Assembly: GCA_905178155.1 (NCBI GenBank)
Contig: CAJINV010000001.1
Span: 15,748,142-15,812,141, forward strand
Source: Amoebophrya sp. A120
Taxonomy: Eukaryota > Protista > Dinoflagellata
Direction: 5' to 3'
Length of the DNA: 64,000 bases
This document shows positions 11,087-23,469 of the stretch, in pieces; positions within the stretch are counted from its first letter, which is position 1; each line of letters starts with the position of its first letter. The translations under genes were made by a program, and so were the position numbers. The notes under the pieces are model-generated. The model did no database searches. It was not told where the DNA came from and worked only from the letters and a program-made list of their open reading frames with translations.

Positions 11087-11386
11087 CTACCGGAATCGTT
11101 TCCACTGCCCTCCACCCTGGTCCTGCAGGACATCGGAGCCCGGCTGGTATTCCATGGACAGGCAGCAGCACCCGGTAAAGCGATTGGGATTCTGGGAATC
11201 CCGGCTCAGCATCACAGCCCAGGGGATCCCGTACATACAAACTGTGTTTTCGCCGCAGGAAGATATCCCGATGCAGCCCTTCAGTCCCATGTTCGGATTC
11301 TGCCATTTTCCTGCTACTTTTGCGGTCGGCACGGCGGGAGGGGCGCCTCCCATCTGCTGCTGCTGCGGCGGCGGGCGGGGAGGCAT
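11087..11386 (-). CDS. Small Cys-rich hypothetical protein (99 aa)
   Basis: ATG-to-stop ORF with GC-rich third codon positions like neighbouring exons; Pro/Gln N-terminus and a GCCCL cluster. Confidence 0.5.
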   Translation of the reverse strand: MPPRPPPQQQQMGGAPPAVPTAKVAGKWQNPNMGLKGCIGISSCGENTVCMYGIPWAVMLSRDSQNPNRFTGCCCLSMEYQPGSDVLQDQGGGQWKRFR

Positions 11387-12107
11387 TATTCTCTCTCCGG
11401 GTTAATACCAAGGCCTAGGTGGCCGCAGCGAAAGTTCGCCTAGAACTATGACGAGGAAAGACTCCGTCCCCAGTTCGGTTGTAGTTTCTGTCTCCGACTC
11501 CGAGCAAATATAAAGGTAGAGAGAAGACCGATAAACCATTTTACATGACTTCGATTCCCGTCCCTCTCCGCCATCCCGGAGAAAGAGCGTGAATTCTCCC
11601 TCGAGGTACTCGGCTGTCGCAATGAGAATGGAGCCGACCTTTCTGTTCGGAACAAGGCCATGGCCCACAAATGTGGCCGCTGATGACTTTCAAATATCTG
11701 GTCACTGGCAGCCAGCGAATGTTTGTTGGTGACGTTCGGAAACAATGATCTACGTGAAGTTCATTCTCATTGGCTCGCCGGAGGCGCCTGAAACATTAAC
11801 GTCTACAGTGAATCACCAGGACTACTTTTTACATGATCCGCTTTTGCTTTCGTTTGTTCACACGTCGAAACGGAAACACGTACGTTTGAAATTGAAAAAC
11901 TAAAAGCGATACGAAAGTCTGAAACTCCGATGGTGCCGATACCGTACAGTACTAAACTGGGTGTTGATTATATTGAATCTGACATTGTTCACGTATCTGT
12001 GCCTTAATTTGTGTGAAAATTCATTGTGCATAAGATAAAGACACGACTAGTGTTCGGGGTTCGTTGAGATATTACGTCGAAATTGGGTTTTTATTTGTTT
12101 ATCTGTG

Positions 12108-15100
12108 TCACAGCATAAGTTCAATCGTTTTCACCTTAAGCGCTGCTTTTGTCCTCGGTGGGGGGCGGGGCGGCGGTGCTGGCTGGCCCTGACCACCGCG
12201 TACTTGCGACCGTCCCCGGGGGGGCGAGGCGTCGTCCACGGTGTGAGCGTACATCACGTTATCCGTGCCGCGCAGCTGGTTCGACAGAATCGCGTCCGCC
12301 TGGTTCGGCCGCGCCAAGGAACGCCGCAAAATCTGCGACACCGCGGTGTTGCCATTCGCGGTGTGGTACTCATTTTGATTTCCGCCGCCGGGTTTGGTCG
12401 ACGCGGCGCGCCGCTTGGCGGAAGCGATTTTCGCGGAAATCGGGCGACCAGAGCTGGACGGTGGAAGCGGTGTCAAATCCGTACTGTTTGCCTGCGAAAC
12501 GAGCATGGGCAGTTTGGTGTTCAGATTCACCTCACCAGATTTTGCTCGTATGCGCTCACGCGACGATACTGGCGAAGACGTTGGCCGCTGCTCCTGCTGG
12601 AAGAAGTTGTTCTTTCCGAGCGCTACGTCGTGGTGCTGGTGGTCCCGGGTATTGCCACTCAACATCCCACCACGCCCTCGGGTAGAATTGTGGTTAGCGA
12701 CCGCGACACCAAGGGGCAAAGATAGTGTAGTGGAAGGAGCTTCTGCTCCGGGTGGGGGAGCCCGAGTCGTTGTATTTAGGGAGCTTGATGCAACAGAGGC
12801 GGCGGACAAGTCACCTAGTTTTCACGGTGAGAGAAAGCAAACTCAGAGTCAATGCTATGTCGTGCCAGCGTCCAGGAAAAAAAACTTGACATTCCTGTGG
12901 CGAAAACGCATTGATTCGAAAGAAATGACCGAGAACTATACCCTCGCCCTCCTTCCCGACGGTGGGAAAAACATCCTTGGACACGGGCACAGGTTGCCAT
13001 CCCGCTCGTCGCGGCAGCGGTTCCCGACCTCGCTTATCCGCAACCACGGTGAGATACTGTTCCTCGCCAGGAACTACTACATCTTGCCGATTTGCGAAGG
13101 TAGAAGTTGCTCCTGCACCCCCACCAGCCTCTTCTATTTTTTGCCGCTGCCTCGTCTGTTCCGCCGCAACGTGATCCTCCGCGGCAAATGACAGGGAGCA
13201 ACTGTTCTCTTCGTCTGCGGATGACGCCGACGCCGCCGAAGTTGTGTAGTTCGACTGGCTGCTAAAGGGTCGAGATTTGACAGCGCCTGTCTCTTCCAGC
13301 ACCTGTGCCGCGAGGTCCTTTGCCGCTTTCGTGGGACTGTGCTTTTCCAGCAGCTCGTCCACGGAAATGGGTTTGTCTTTCTGTTGCAATATCGGCTCCC
13401 GGTGACGCGCAACCGGGGAATTCATGGGGTCGTCCTGTATAAACTCTTCATCGATGGTCAGCTCCGTTAGAGTTGTGTTGTTACGAGACCTAGTTCGCTC
13501 CTGCTGATCTGGATCGGTCACAGCGAGTGGCAGCTGCAGTTTTTGAGTGGCATTTGCATCAAAAGCTCCGCATGTGCCTTTGTCTACAGCAACCAAAGAT
13601 GATTTGTCTGGTACTTCCGCAGTCGTTCCGTTCCTTCCATCGACTGCCTCCGCTTCTTCCCCAGACGAGGAGGAAGACAGTTGGTGATCGTATTCAAACT
13701 GCTGCTGTCGCAAGGTGCTGGGTGAACTCCGCAAAGGCAATCCACTGGTCGGCGACCGCGCACTTGGAGATGAGAGCAAGGCCCGTGCCGCCGGGCTCCC
13801 GCGGTTGCTCATCGTCGGACTGCGCAGCGAACCCGGGCTCTTCGGAGCAGACATGACGACCCGCGAAGTAGGACTTTTTCCGTGTGGGCTCGAAGAAGAG
13901 GAGGAGGAGGACTCTCCCTTCTGTGGTCTGCTTGTGTTGAAGTTTTCCGTAGTTGAGGAGGATGCAGACGGTGGATCTTCACTTTCAACTCCCGCTTGCT
14001 CTACATTCGCACCTTTGGACGACTTCTTCCGTTTCGGTTTATTTACCGACTTCGTAGTTTTCACTGCCTTTTCTGTTGCAGGCTCTGGCGCGAAAGCGAA
14101 TGGAGCGGTCGCTTTCGGCTTTGCCAAGTCGCGCAGCCGTGCGGGATTGGAGGAGGAAGAGGAACTTCCGGCAAAAGAGCTGGTTGGTGGCAGCGACGCG
14201 TCTTCACTCTCGACCTTGTCGGTTTTCGCTCGCGGTTGCGCAAGGTTCGTCAAGCGGTTCAAATCGACCGATCTCGAGTTTCGCTCCGCTTCGTTGGACT
14301 GTAAAATCGCCTGTGCGGCAGCCCGCATCCGGCCTCCCGTGGTGCTGCCGCGACCGTCGGTGAGGCGGCGCATCGCATCCTCCTGCTCGGATTCGGTTCT
14401 TTTCGGGGGAAAGGGTCGGTTAAGTCGGGTTGGCGAGGAAGATTTCGCTTTCGCCGATTGTTCCGTCATGTTGGTGTCGCGGAACGATTTTGATGCTGTC
14501 GCGCCCCCGCCCGCGGTGTTGTCCATGCTAGCGGCGCGTCGGCGACCGCGAGGATCGACGCCGGCTGTTGTCGTGCTGTTCATCGAGGTGGAGGCGGAAC
14601 TTCCGCCGAGCTCGACGCTTTTCGCCGGGAGTGTTTGGCGCATGTTGGCCGCGCCGCGGGGGTTCTTGCGGAGAAAAATCTCCTTCACTTGCCTTCCCTC
14701 GCTGTTCTTCGGGAGGAGATGCGTCAGCTCGTTCTCCTCGATGAGTTGCTGCGCGTGCTCAAACCACTCCCGGGTTTTCTTCGGAGACCGCAACCAGTGC
14801 GGGAGCTTCATCAACTCTCGTCGCATCAAAAAATACACCTTATCGATCTCTTGCAGGGCGATCTGGTGGAGTCGTATTTTCGAGATTTCTTATCGTGCGT
14901 CGAAACGATGGAAAGCATGTTTTCATCACGAACACAAAGCCGCGCGACTCCGACTGCCACACTCACACATAGAGACAGCTGCCGCATGAAAACCTAAAAA
15001 CATCATACCTGCCCCGCGTACAGCACCGACAGGTCCGGGATCTCGTGAAGCCGCCTCAAAATCTGCACCGCGCCCAGGAAATACGCCTGGTCGATGTAGA

Positions 15101-16887
15101 AGCTGCCGCGATTTCCCGTGTTGTGCAGCCCGCGTTTCACGCGACAGCACAGCCGGAACCTTTTCCGCTCGTCCGGGACGTAGGGTTCCATCTCGCGGAA
15201 AAGCGCGGCGAACCCTAATTGCGTCCCGCGACAGACCGCGTAGTAGCGCATCGCTTGGGGGTATAGGAGTTTGATCTTGAACGTGAAAAACGTATTCAGC
15301 GTTGCGAAGCCCTCCTCCGTGATCCAGGGGTTCAGATGCAGTCCAAACCGCTTCCGATTCCCGACCCCGTTCAGGTTGCTCCAGGCCTGCAAGTCTTCGT
15401 TCATCATGCGGAGCAGATGTGTGCCGATCTCGTGGTCGCAGATCCCCTGCGCCATCACCTTGGACATGCTGCCGGACGAGAGCGATATCTCGTAGCAATT
15501 CCGGCCGTCGATGAAGTTTTTCGTACAGCACGCAGCGGCCAGCCCGGCTTTGGTAATTTTCAAACTGACTTTGTCCTCCAGTTTCAACTCCCGGAGATAG
15601 TCGAGCACGAACTCCCGCAGCTCATCGGGTTCGTAGTGGTCGGTGCCGTGCAGTTGTGCCATGTAATCGTCGCCGTCCTTGAACTTCTGCAGGGTCTTCT
15701 CCAGAATCCGCTTCGACTCGGGCATCAAACTCGTGTCGATGTCGCTGTTCTTTTCGAACAGTTTCGCGACTTGGTCCCGTGGATAGGCGTACTCAAACTG
15801 CGGGTCTATGGTGCAGCCGGAAGCGAAAAATTTGGTTTCCTCCTCCTCGAGATTCTGGGGCCGAACACGAACCAGGAGGCTGGGGCGCACATGCGGAGTG
15901 GGACGCTGTGATTTTTTTTTTAGGAAGAGAGGGTCGTCGCAGTTGCAATGACCACACGAGAAATGAAGCTGAAGTGTTTCGTATGTTTCATCTTCCAGAT
16001 GTTGAAATCAAAATGCAACGTCGATCTTTTTTCATAGTCTTCGTGTGCGCCGAAGAACTACGAGCACGAAAAATCGGTGAAGTTAAAGTTAGAACTACTT
16101 TTGGCGTGGCATCATCTGGGATGTGCATCTTTTCCGTCATGGAAACCCTCGCAGCGTCCCGGTCTCTGGGGCGTGACAAACTCTGCAGGCGCTGACTGAC
16201 GAGAGACCGGTTGGCAGCGCGCTCGTCCTCCGGGTAGTACAGAATCGGCGAAGACGCGGACCGCTTGAGCGAGGGCGACGACCCATCTTCTTGCTCATTT
16301 TCTCCGTCTACTGCGCCAACTCCGTCCTCTTCCGCGCCTGCCTGCATCAACATATCGTCGTCGTCATCCATCTCATTCTCGTCGACGTCTTGCGGTGGGT
16401 TATCTCCGTCCAGCGCCAGGTGCTCCTCGTCATCCTCCTCGAGAAGGAAGTCGGCGCCCGGAGAAGTGCGCACAGGAGTGTCTTTCGTTTCACCAGAATT
16501 GCCCGGAGGTGGGTCATCCTCCGTTTCAGCCGCAGGGTGTGTGCTGTAGGGGAGCAGGAGGGCCGATTTTGATAAAGCTTCCTAGCGCTAGTAGCCGCAT
16601 CGAGCAGCTGCTTTTGCTTTTCTATTTCTTGCAAACATTCATACAATTAGTTCCTGGCATTATATCCCTTTGCACCTGAAAACGTGCAAGTACCTACAGT
16701 ATCTATACCTGGGCTTCGCATCGTCTGCATCGGCCGCGCCCTCAAGTTCCTCGTGCGCAAGCTCCTTCGCGTCATTCTCTACCTCGGCCTCGACAGGAGC
16801 ACAAGCTACAGTTGCGGTGTTGCTGCTATCCGGCTTTTCCTGCACCTCCGCACAGGCCGCAGCGTCTTCCTCGCTGGCAAGCGTCAT
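12108..16887 (-). CDS. MATCAP/KIAA0895-family (DUF1704) tubulin tyrosine carboxypeptidase with long disordered termini
   Basis: HEIGTH zinc motif, TEEGFATLN, RVKRGL, DQAYFLGA and PQFEY in 15009-15906. Exons join in phase via GT-AG introns (e.g. 14863-15008: YAGQ|IALQEID). Confidence 0.85.
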
Positions 16888-17613
16888 TGTGAAACAGTTG
16901 CACTTTTGGCTATTCAACCGTATAGCTGAGTGCGGTCGACATTTTGGGCAAGGATTTTTTGATCAGTTGTATCCGTGAACTTGCACGACCTCTCAACTTT
17001 CGCTCGATCCGAGCAAGGAGTAGCTCTGCGTCGGCGTTGCATGTATTACACGCAGCAAAAGGAACCACCGAATCGTATAGTTCTTCTTCAAGCGCCAAGA
17101 GTGTGTCGGTCGTTGCTGACCCAACCTGCGGTAAAAACAGGAACACATCCATCGAGTCTGCCAGACGCCGACGCAGACGCTGCAGGCAGACATGAATTCG
17201 CTCTGAAATAATCAGGTTGGACTTAGCACATTGTCACGAAAATACAGGTTTCAGATTTATTTCCAGATACACGTTTGAGCAGTCAATCAACATTTTTGAA
17301 ACTCTTCCGAAGACAGAGACAACGCAAAATGCAACCACCTCTTGCAAAATTGACTAAAAAATTTTGCTTCTATTGTGAGATTTTGAAGTTGATACATCTA
17401 AAGACTTGCCAATGGCTATATCTCGAAGAGCTGTTCGTTCCGATCCGTCGTACTGATATTACGTTACAGTCATTCGATAGGTTCATCATACATTTTGTGA
17501 AACGCAGTTATAAGAAGCTAGGTGATACAAGGTCAGAAGACGAAAGAACAGATGGACCGTACTGTACAACTACCTACTTTTGTCAATAACACCTGTTCCA
17601 CCGCCTGCACCAG

Positions 17614-20600
17614 CTATTTCAATTTCAGCTCCGAGGCGGCGAACTGAAAGATTTTCGTTGCCAGCGCCTGGTTTTGTGGGTTCTTGTCTGGATGCCACTT
17701 TGCGAGGAGCTGCAGACCGTGCTTCCGTACCTCCTTGTCCGAGATGCTAGTTCTCCGGATTTGGATGATTTCCCGCTTCAGCTCTGACTTGATCACAGAC
17801 TCCCGGTCGCCCGCTTGCAATCCCGTTAGTGATGACGAGTTGGCACTCAAAAACGGTGGTGGGCCGGGCCTAGTTGTGCCGGTACCAGTAGTGTTCCTGC
17901 TACCTGATCCTGTTTTGGACGGAGATGAAGACGAATTGCTGTAGTTGTTCCGCGATGCCCCTGCTGGCGCAGTGGATGGTGGCGGGTGCGTGAAAAAGCT
18001 AGCGTTTTTGAACATGCCGCGGGTCGACGTTGCTGAGGAGGTGCTGGTCGTCGCGGAAGCAGGATTGCCAGCGGTCGTCGTCGAAGGAGCACCAGTAGTT
18101 TTCTCTGGCTTGTTCATCCCGGTCTGCTCTCCAAATGAACTGGTACTAAACGACGGCCCTGGCGTGGTTCCGGGCCGCGGAGGGGGATGGTCGGTTTTCA
18201 TGCCTGCTGCGTTTTTCGCGCGCTCCTCCGCGCGCCGCTTCTCCTCGCCTTGCTGATACTTTTTGCGCTGGTTCAGCCACTCGACATGCCGATCCATTTC
18301 CGCTCTGGCTACACCGTCGACGGCGGAGGGGCGATTTACTCGTGATGGCGCGCCAGGGTTCGAAGAACTGACGTGAGTACTTGCGCTTGTTCCAGAGCTC
18401 GACGTGGTCGTGTAAGAGCTTCCATTGGCAAATGGAAAATCGAAGTCGTCCGACTTGCTCCACGGCACGGGCGCAGGAGGCGGCGGAGTCGGCCTGTTCG
18501 CGTTCGACCTCGTCCTCGCAAACCCTGGCAGCTGCTGTTCCTTGTGGGGAGCAGTGACCGCGCGCCGCGAGCCAGCCGGAACTTTGGTTGGCGAGGTCGC
18601 CGGCCTTGCAGCAGTTGTTGGTTCCGATGTCAACCCGTGATCCTTGGCATATCGGTGTGGATAATTCGTCGGGATCGGATTGTACGGCTTTTGCTTCACC
18701 GGTGAGCCGGACTGACGCAGATCTTCGTCGTCCTCTTCAACGATCGGCGACCACTCTGCTGCAGCATTCCTACTTGCCCTCGCTGGTGGTGGGCCGAAGC
18801 CACTCGTCACACCCATTTCCTGCCTCCTGGCTCGCTCAAATGCCGAAACACCACCTGGTGTTGTCATCGGACGCATATTGGTCTCTCCCTCGTCAACACC
18901 CGAGGTAGTAGAGGAAGGCTGCTGCTGCTGTTGCTGGAGTTGTGGGTTCGTTCCTTCAGAACCAGACCACTCTGAATCGGACGAGATCCGTGAAGATGCG
19001 TGCGCACTGGTACTCGTAGAAGCAGAACTGTTCTTCCGCTCCGTCCCACTCGCGAAGAGACTGTGTGCCCAAAATTCCTGCTCTTTGCTCCGCTTCACCG
19101 GAAAAAGCGGATTGCTCGGAGCGATGTCAATCGGAGACCGCGGCGCGGCAGCGGCGGCCGAACGGGTAGTCTGCTCCGTTTGTGGCCGGTCAGCGGCTTT
19201 CGGTAGATCCATACGAACTCGACGACCGGTCTGCATCGACATTGGTCGTGCCGGGTCTGGTTGATGTCCTTGTCCAACCACCGACACGTCCGGATACGAA
19301 ACCGGGCCTGGCGTCCCAGACCGCTCGGCATCAAGGCGCGTCAAAGTGAAGGCTTTCTTCTTCTTCGGACTGCGACTTATTGTTGTTTCAACGCCACCCT
19401 CATCGGCAGTTGTCGTGAAGTGGTCGCGCAACACATCATCAGCGGACGTTCCATCGGGAGCCGGAAACTGATCTTCAAAGGAAGAATTGTCCCCTGCGGT
19501 AGCAGCTTCGGTCTCTTCTGCTCGCTGAGGCGACTTCTTCGGCAGTCTACTTTTCGTGCTCTTCGCGCCGCCGCCCCCAGTCGTTACCTTCTTCCCCTTG
19601 GCGGGGGCCGGTTTCTTCTTTATCGGGCTGACGCGATCTTGAAAGTTAGACAGTTTCGTTTTCGACATCGTTTCGAAGCGGCGCAATCGACGTTGGAAAG
19701 CCTCCGTCGACATCGGCTCCGCGGTTTGTGCGCGCGTCATCCGATACACGAACTCCGCGGTGTCTAGGGGCTTCTTTTCTGGGAGTGGCTCGACACTGCG
19801 CTCACGCTGCTCACCGGTCGTGGTGCTGCTGAAAGTGGTCCCGTACGTCGCTGCGAGGGAAATAAGTTTGTTACTGCTCTTCGAGTTGGTCGTCGGCTCG
19901 AGAATCAGCGACTGCGTGTGCAATCGATCGGCAGGACGCGGGCCCTGTGTTTTTTTTCAATTTATAGAGTGCTTGCAGGAAGAGCGTTGTTCTCGAGCAA
20001 ACTTATTTCTTCTTTCTTGTTTCTTCTTTCTTGTAGTGCTGCAACCACACACAAACAGCCTAAACAAAGACACAGAGTGAAAGCTACCCATGTATCATGT
20101 TGTTGTTCCTTCTAGCAGACGTTCCGTACCTGCTTTCGTTTCTTCCGAGGCAGTATCATCGACGCGGATTCGCGAGGGACTTCAACATCTTCGGCCTCTT
20201 CCGGCTGTAGCTGCAGATCTACCCCGGCCCGCGCTGCCGAACTTGTTGCTTTTTTGATCGACTCCAGACTCTCCAACTGATCGAGTAAAGAAGTCGAAAA
20301 ATTCTTCTTCGACTCCGGGGACGCCCGCAGCGTTTTGGTGTCAAGCAGGCGCTTTGCCAGCAGCGACGCCTTCTCGATGCTCCCACGAACGACCGTGTTC
20401 GGACTGTCCGGCGGAACTTCAGTGTTGTAGCTCGTCCCATGATGCGTTCCCGGTCTGCTGGATACCTTACTGCTGGTCCCTTCGCTTCTGCCTCGGCCTA
20501 AACGATGCGATCGCTTATTTCCCTGCCGAAGACTGGGTGCGGGAGCCGTGCCGCTCCTTGTCGGGCTTACAAATTCTTGGTTGCTTTCGATCTTTTCCTT

Positions 20601-22717
20601 TCCCTCACCAGTTGCATCATCAACGCGGTCGCCGCTCTGCTGCTCCTTCAAATTCTTACTCGCCTCCTTCGTCGCTGCGGGAGCGCCGCTGCTAGTCATA
20701 GTCTTGCTGGAAGACGATTTACTGCCTTCCATTTTCTTCGCTTTCTTTTTGTTCGCGTTCTGGTACTTGTTCAGTTGCCGCAACAGTGTGGCGTTCACCA
20801 AATTCGCATCCGGTGGCTGCGCCTTATTCTCGTTGTTTTTCTGCTGCTGCTTTAGCTTCTTGGCCCGCATGCGCTCCTCTACTTGAGCCGGGTGTTCTCC
20901 CATAGACGTGCCAAATTCCTGGTACGCGCTCCCGCCGACGAACGCACTCTGCACAAATTCCGGGTCATACTCCTTACGGGGAAACGCGGGGAAAAGCCGG
21001 CCGCTGGTCGATGGCTGGTGCAGAAGTTTTTTGTTACACGTGAAGAGGGAATGAGTGAAGAACTATTTCGTACTACAGAAGAAATCGCAAATATATAATC
21101 GACGACATCTGCACAGAAAAAGGCACTATCTCAAACAAAATCCGAAAACCACTGTACGGTGGAAGCCGTGGCCCTGCGCATGTGGTCGACCCACTCCCGC
21201 CAGGATCCTTGGGCTTGCCGTCGTTGCGCCGCCTGCGCATCGTCCAACTGCAGGCCAGCTTGAAAGCTGGGACCCAACGGGGCAAAGGACGTTGCCGACG
21301 ACGCCGTTCTCGGCGGGCTTCTTGCCACTGAAGCCCCCGTGGCGCCTGCGGAATCGTTGAAAGTGTGCGTTGGGTAGATGCCACCCTCCTGGTGGCCAGA
21401 TGAAAATGACGAAATTGAAAATAGACCGGCTGTCGCGGTCGCTGCTCGGGTTTCTGAAGCTGCCCCAGCACCCTCTCCGACCGGAACCAACCCACGGGGG
21501 CAGGAGGCTAAATTCGCCAGTCGCCGCTGCTTCTCCTCCTCCTCCTTCACTTTTTCCGGATCTTCCTCCTCTAGCTGGATCGGAGAGTCGGCAGCAAATA
21601 TCTGCTCGGGTCGCGGCTTTTTCCCACGCTTGGTCCCTGTGGTAGAACTACTTCGCGGTGACTTTTTAAACGGCGACGCCGATCGATTCCGCGCCGGGGC
21701 CCCGGGTCGCAAAGCATGTAGGTGGTTTGCCAGCGTACGGTGAATCGCCTCGATCGTGGAATTTGCCGCGGTGTTACTTATCGACTCCTTTTCTGATTTT
21801 TTCGGCGATGTACGCTCTGCCACCATTGCCGAGTATCTCTCCGCGACCAGTTTTGCTGTGTCGCTTTCCTTAGAAGTGCTTTCGATCGATGTGGTTGCGA
21901 ATTGGTTGCTCCTTTTGCGGCGTTGCTGCTGCTGTGATGTTGAAGATCCACCGTGCTTGCTACTTCGGGTTCCTGGCCTGCTTTTCTGTTTGCTAGAGGG
22001 CCGCTCGGCAGCGTCGACTTCGCTTGTGTTACTACTCAACGAGGAGGAGCTTGACGACGGTGCGTTCGTGCTCGAAGAATGAGAGTGCTCTTGACTGCTC
22101 GTCGTGCTGCTCTTCTTGGTTTTTTGCTTCGAATTCCCGCCGATTCTCGTTGAACTTGAAGATGCTTGGGAGTACAACGCCATGGTCACGCCCCAATGGT
22201 CCCGCCGCACGGACTCCTCCTCCGACAATTCTCGGAGGGATTCGTACTTCGCAGGTCGCTCCTCCAGCAAACGATCCATCGCGGCATGCAATTCTGCATC
22301 CGATTCTCCGTCATCGATCCCTGCTGCAGCCGGCCAAACCGCGTCCATAGCATCCACTTTCCTGTCGTTCGGCAGCTCAAGTGACCGAGTCGTGCGCCTT
22401 TTGATTCCCCGCGGAGGCCTACCGTGTAGGGAGGTTTCTGAGTCGAAAGAGCTCCTTCGGGAGCCGCCACGGGAGTTTGCGTTTCGCCGGCCGCGGAACC
22501 CAGTTTGGGGTGGTGGTGCAGCGGCCCATCCCGGAGGGACTTCCAACAGGCGCATGTGTTTCCTGATCTCATCCCCGACGACAGAGGGCGGTGCCTGCTC
22601 GATAGAATCGTGCTCGGAGAACGAAGCAGAGCGGGACTGGGCGCGTTTCCGGTAGGAATTCAACACTGCCGAAAAACTACTCGAAGTCGTCTGGGTGCTG
22701 CCCACCATGCTTGGCAT
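17614..22717 (-). CDS. Large S/T/P-rich disordered protein with a C-terminal J-domain (HPD)
   Basis: C-terminus LLAKWHPDKNPQNQALATKIFQF. ORFs 21131-22717, 20112-20954 and 17614-19923 can be linked by two GT-AG introns (e.g. RKRKQ|GPRPADRL). Confidence 0.65.
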
Positions 22718-23469
22718 CTTGATCTCAATATTGGATTTCTTAAACGATGCAGTCTAAGAGTTGGTGGCGGCTACAACCCAGAAACGAAAATACGAGCCTA
22801 GAAACGCAATTCATATATTCTGAGTGAGAGTTTTGAACACGACGGAATCGCACAACATCGAGCAAAAATTTCTCGTCGAAAATCACGACTCAAAAAGTGG
22901 CTCCGATGGCGCTCGCTCTTTCGCTGCAACGAAAACTACATAATCGCTCTTTTTGTTCGTCTGCCTTCCAATCTCTTACCTCTTGCTCATGCTCTTCATC
23001 TTCTACGTTTCGATTTGAAAATATATTTTTGCCTAGAAGTCTGAATGAGAATGCTTCATCAGCGACGTTCCACGTTGCCATATCCTCTATCGGAATTGGA
23101 GGCAAGAACTCTACACACACATTTCATATTGACGACGCTGATACAACAGGAACAACTACTCACTCATGAATTGGATGAAACAGGAGGAGCTGTAGGTTCG
23201 ATTCATGATGTGCAAAATTGTTTACATAGCGTTGCTTATGCTTTCATCCTCCTGCAAGGACTTCCTTGTGCTTTGCTGTACAATCGATTAGTTATGGATC
23301 AATGATAGTCCGCTCACGCTGTGGAAGAAAAAATTAAGAATCATGAACGCAAGAGACAAAGCCAAAGATGGCAACCGGACGCATAAGAAGTAGATGAAAC
23401 GAAACGCATTTTTTTACCATAAAGCACTGACATTGAATTAGAATTTGAATGATTGAATGGGAATCTTCC

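Noticed and set aside
13715-14989. Long plus-strand ORFs (also 1784-2791, 53478-54284 and others)
   Set aside because: Antisense shadows of GC-rich minus-strand coding sequence, with no domain signal.
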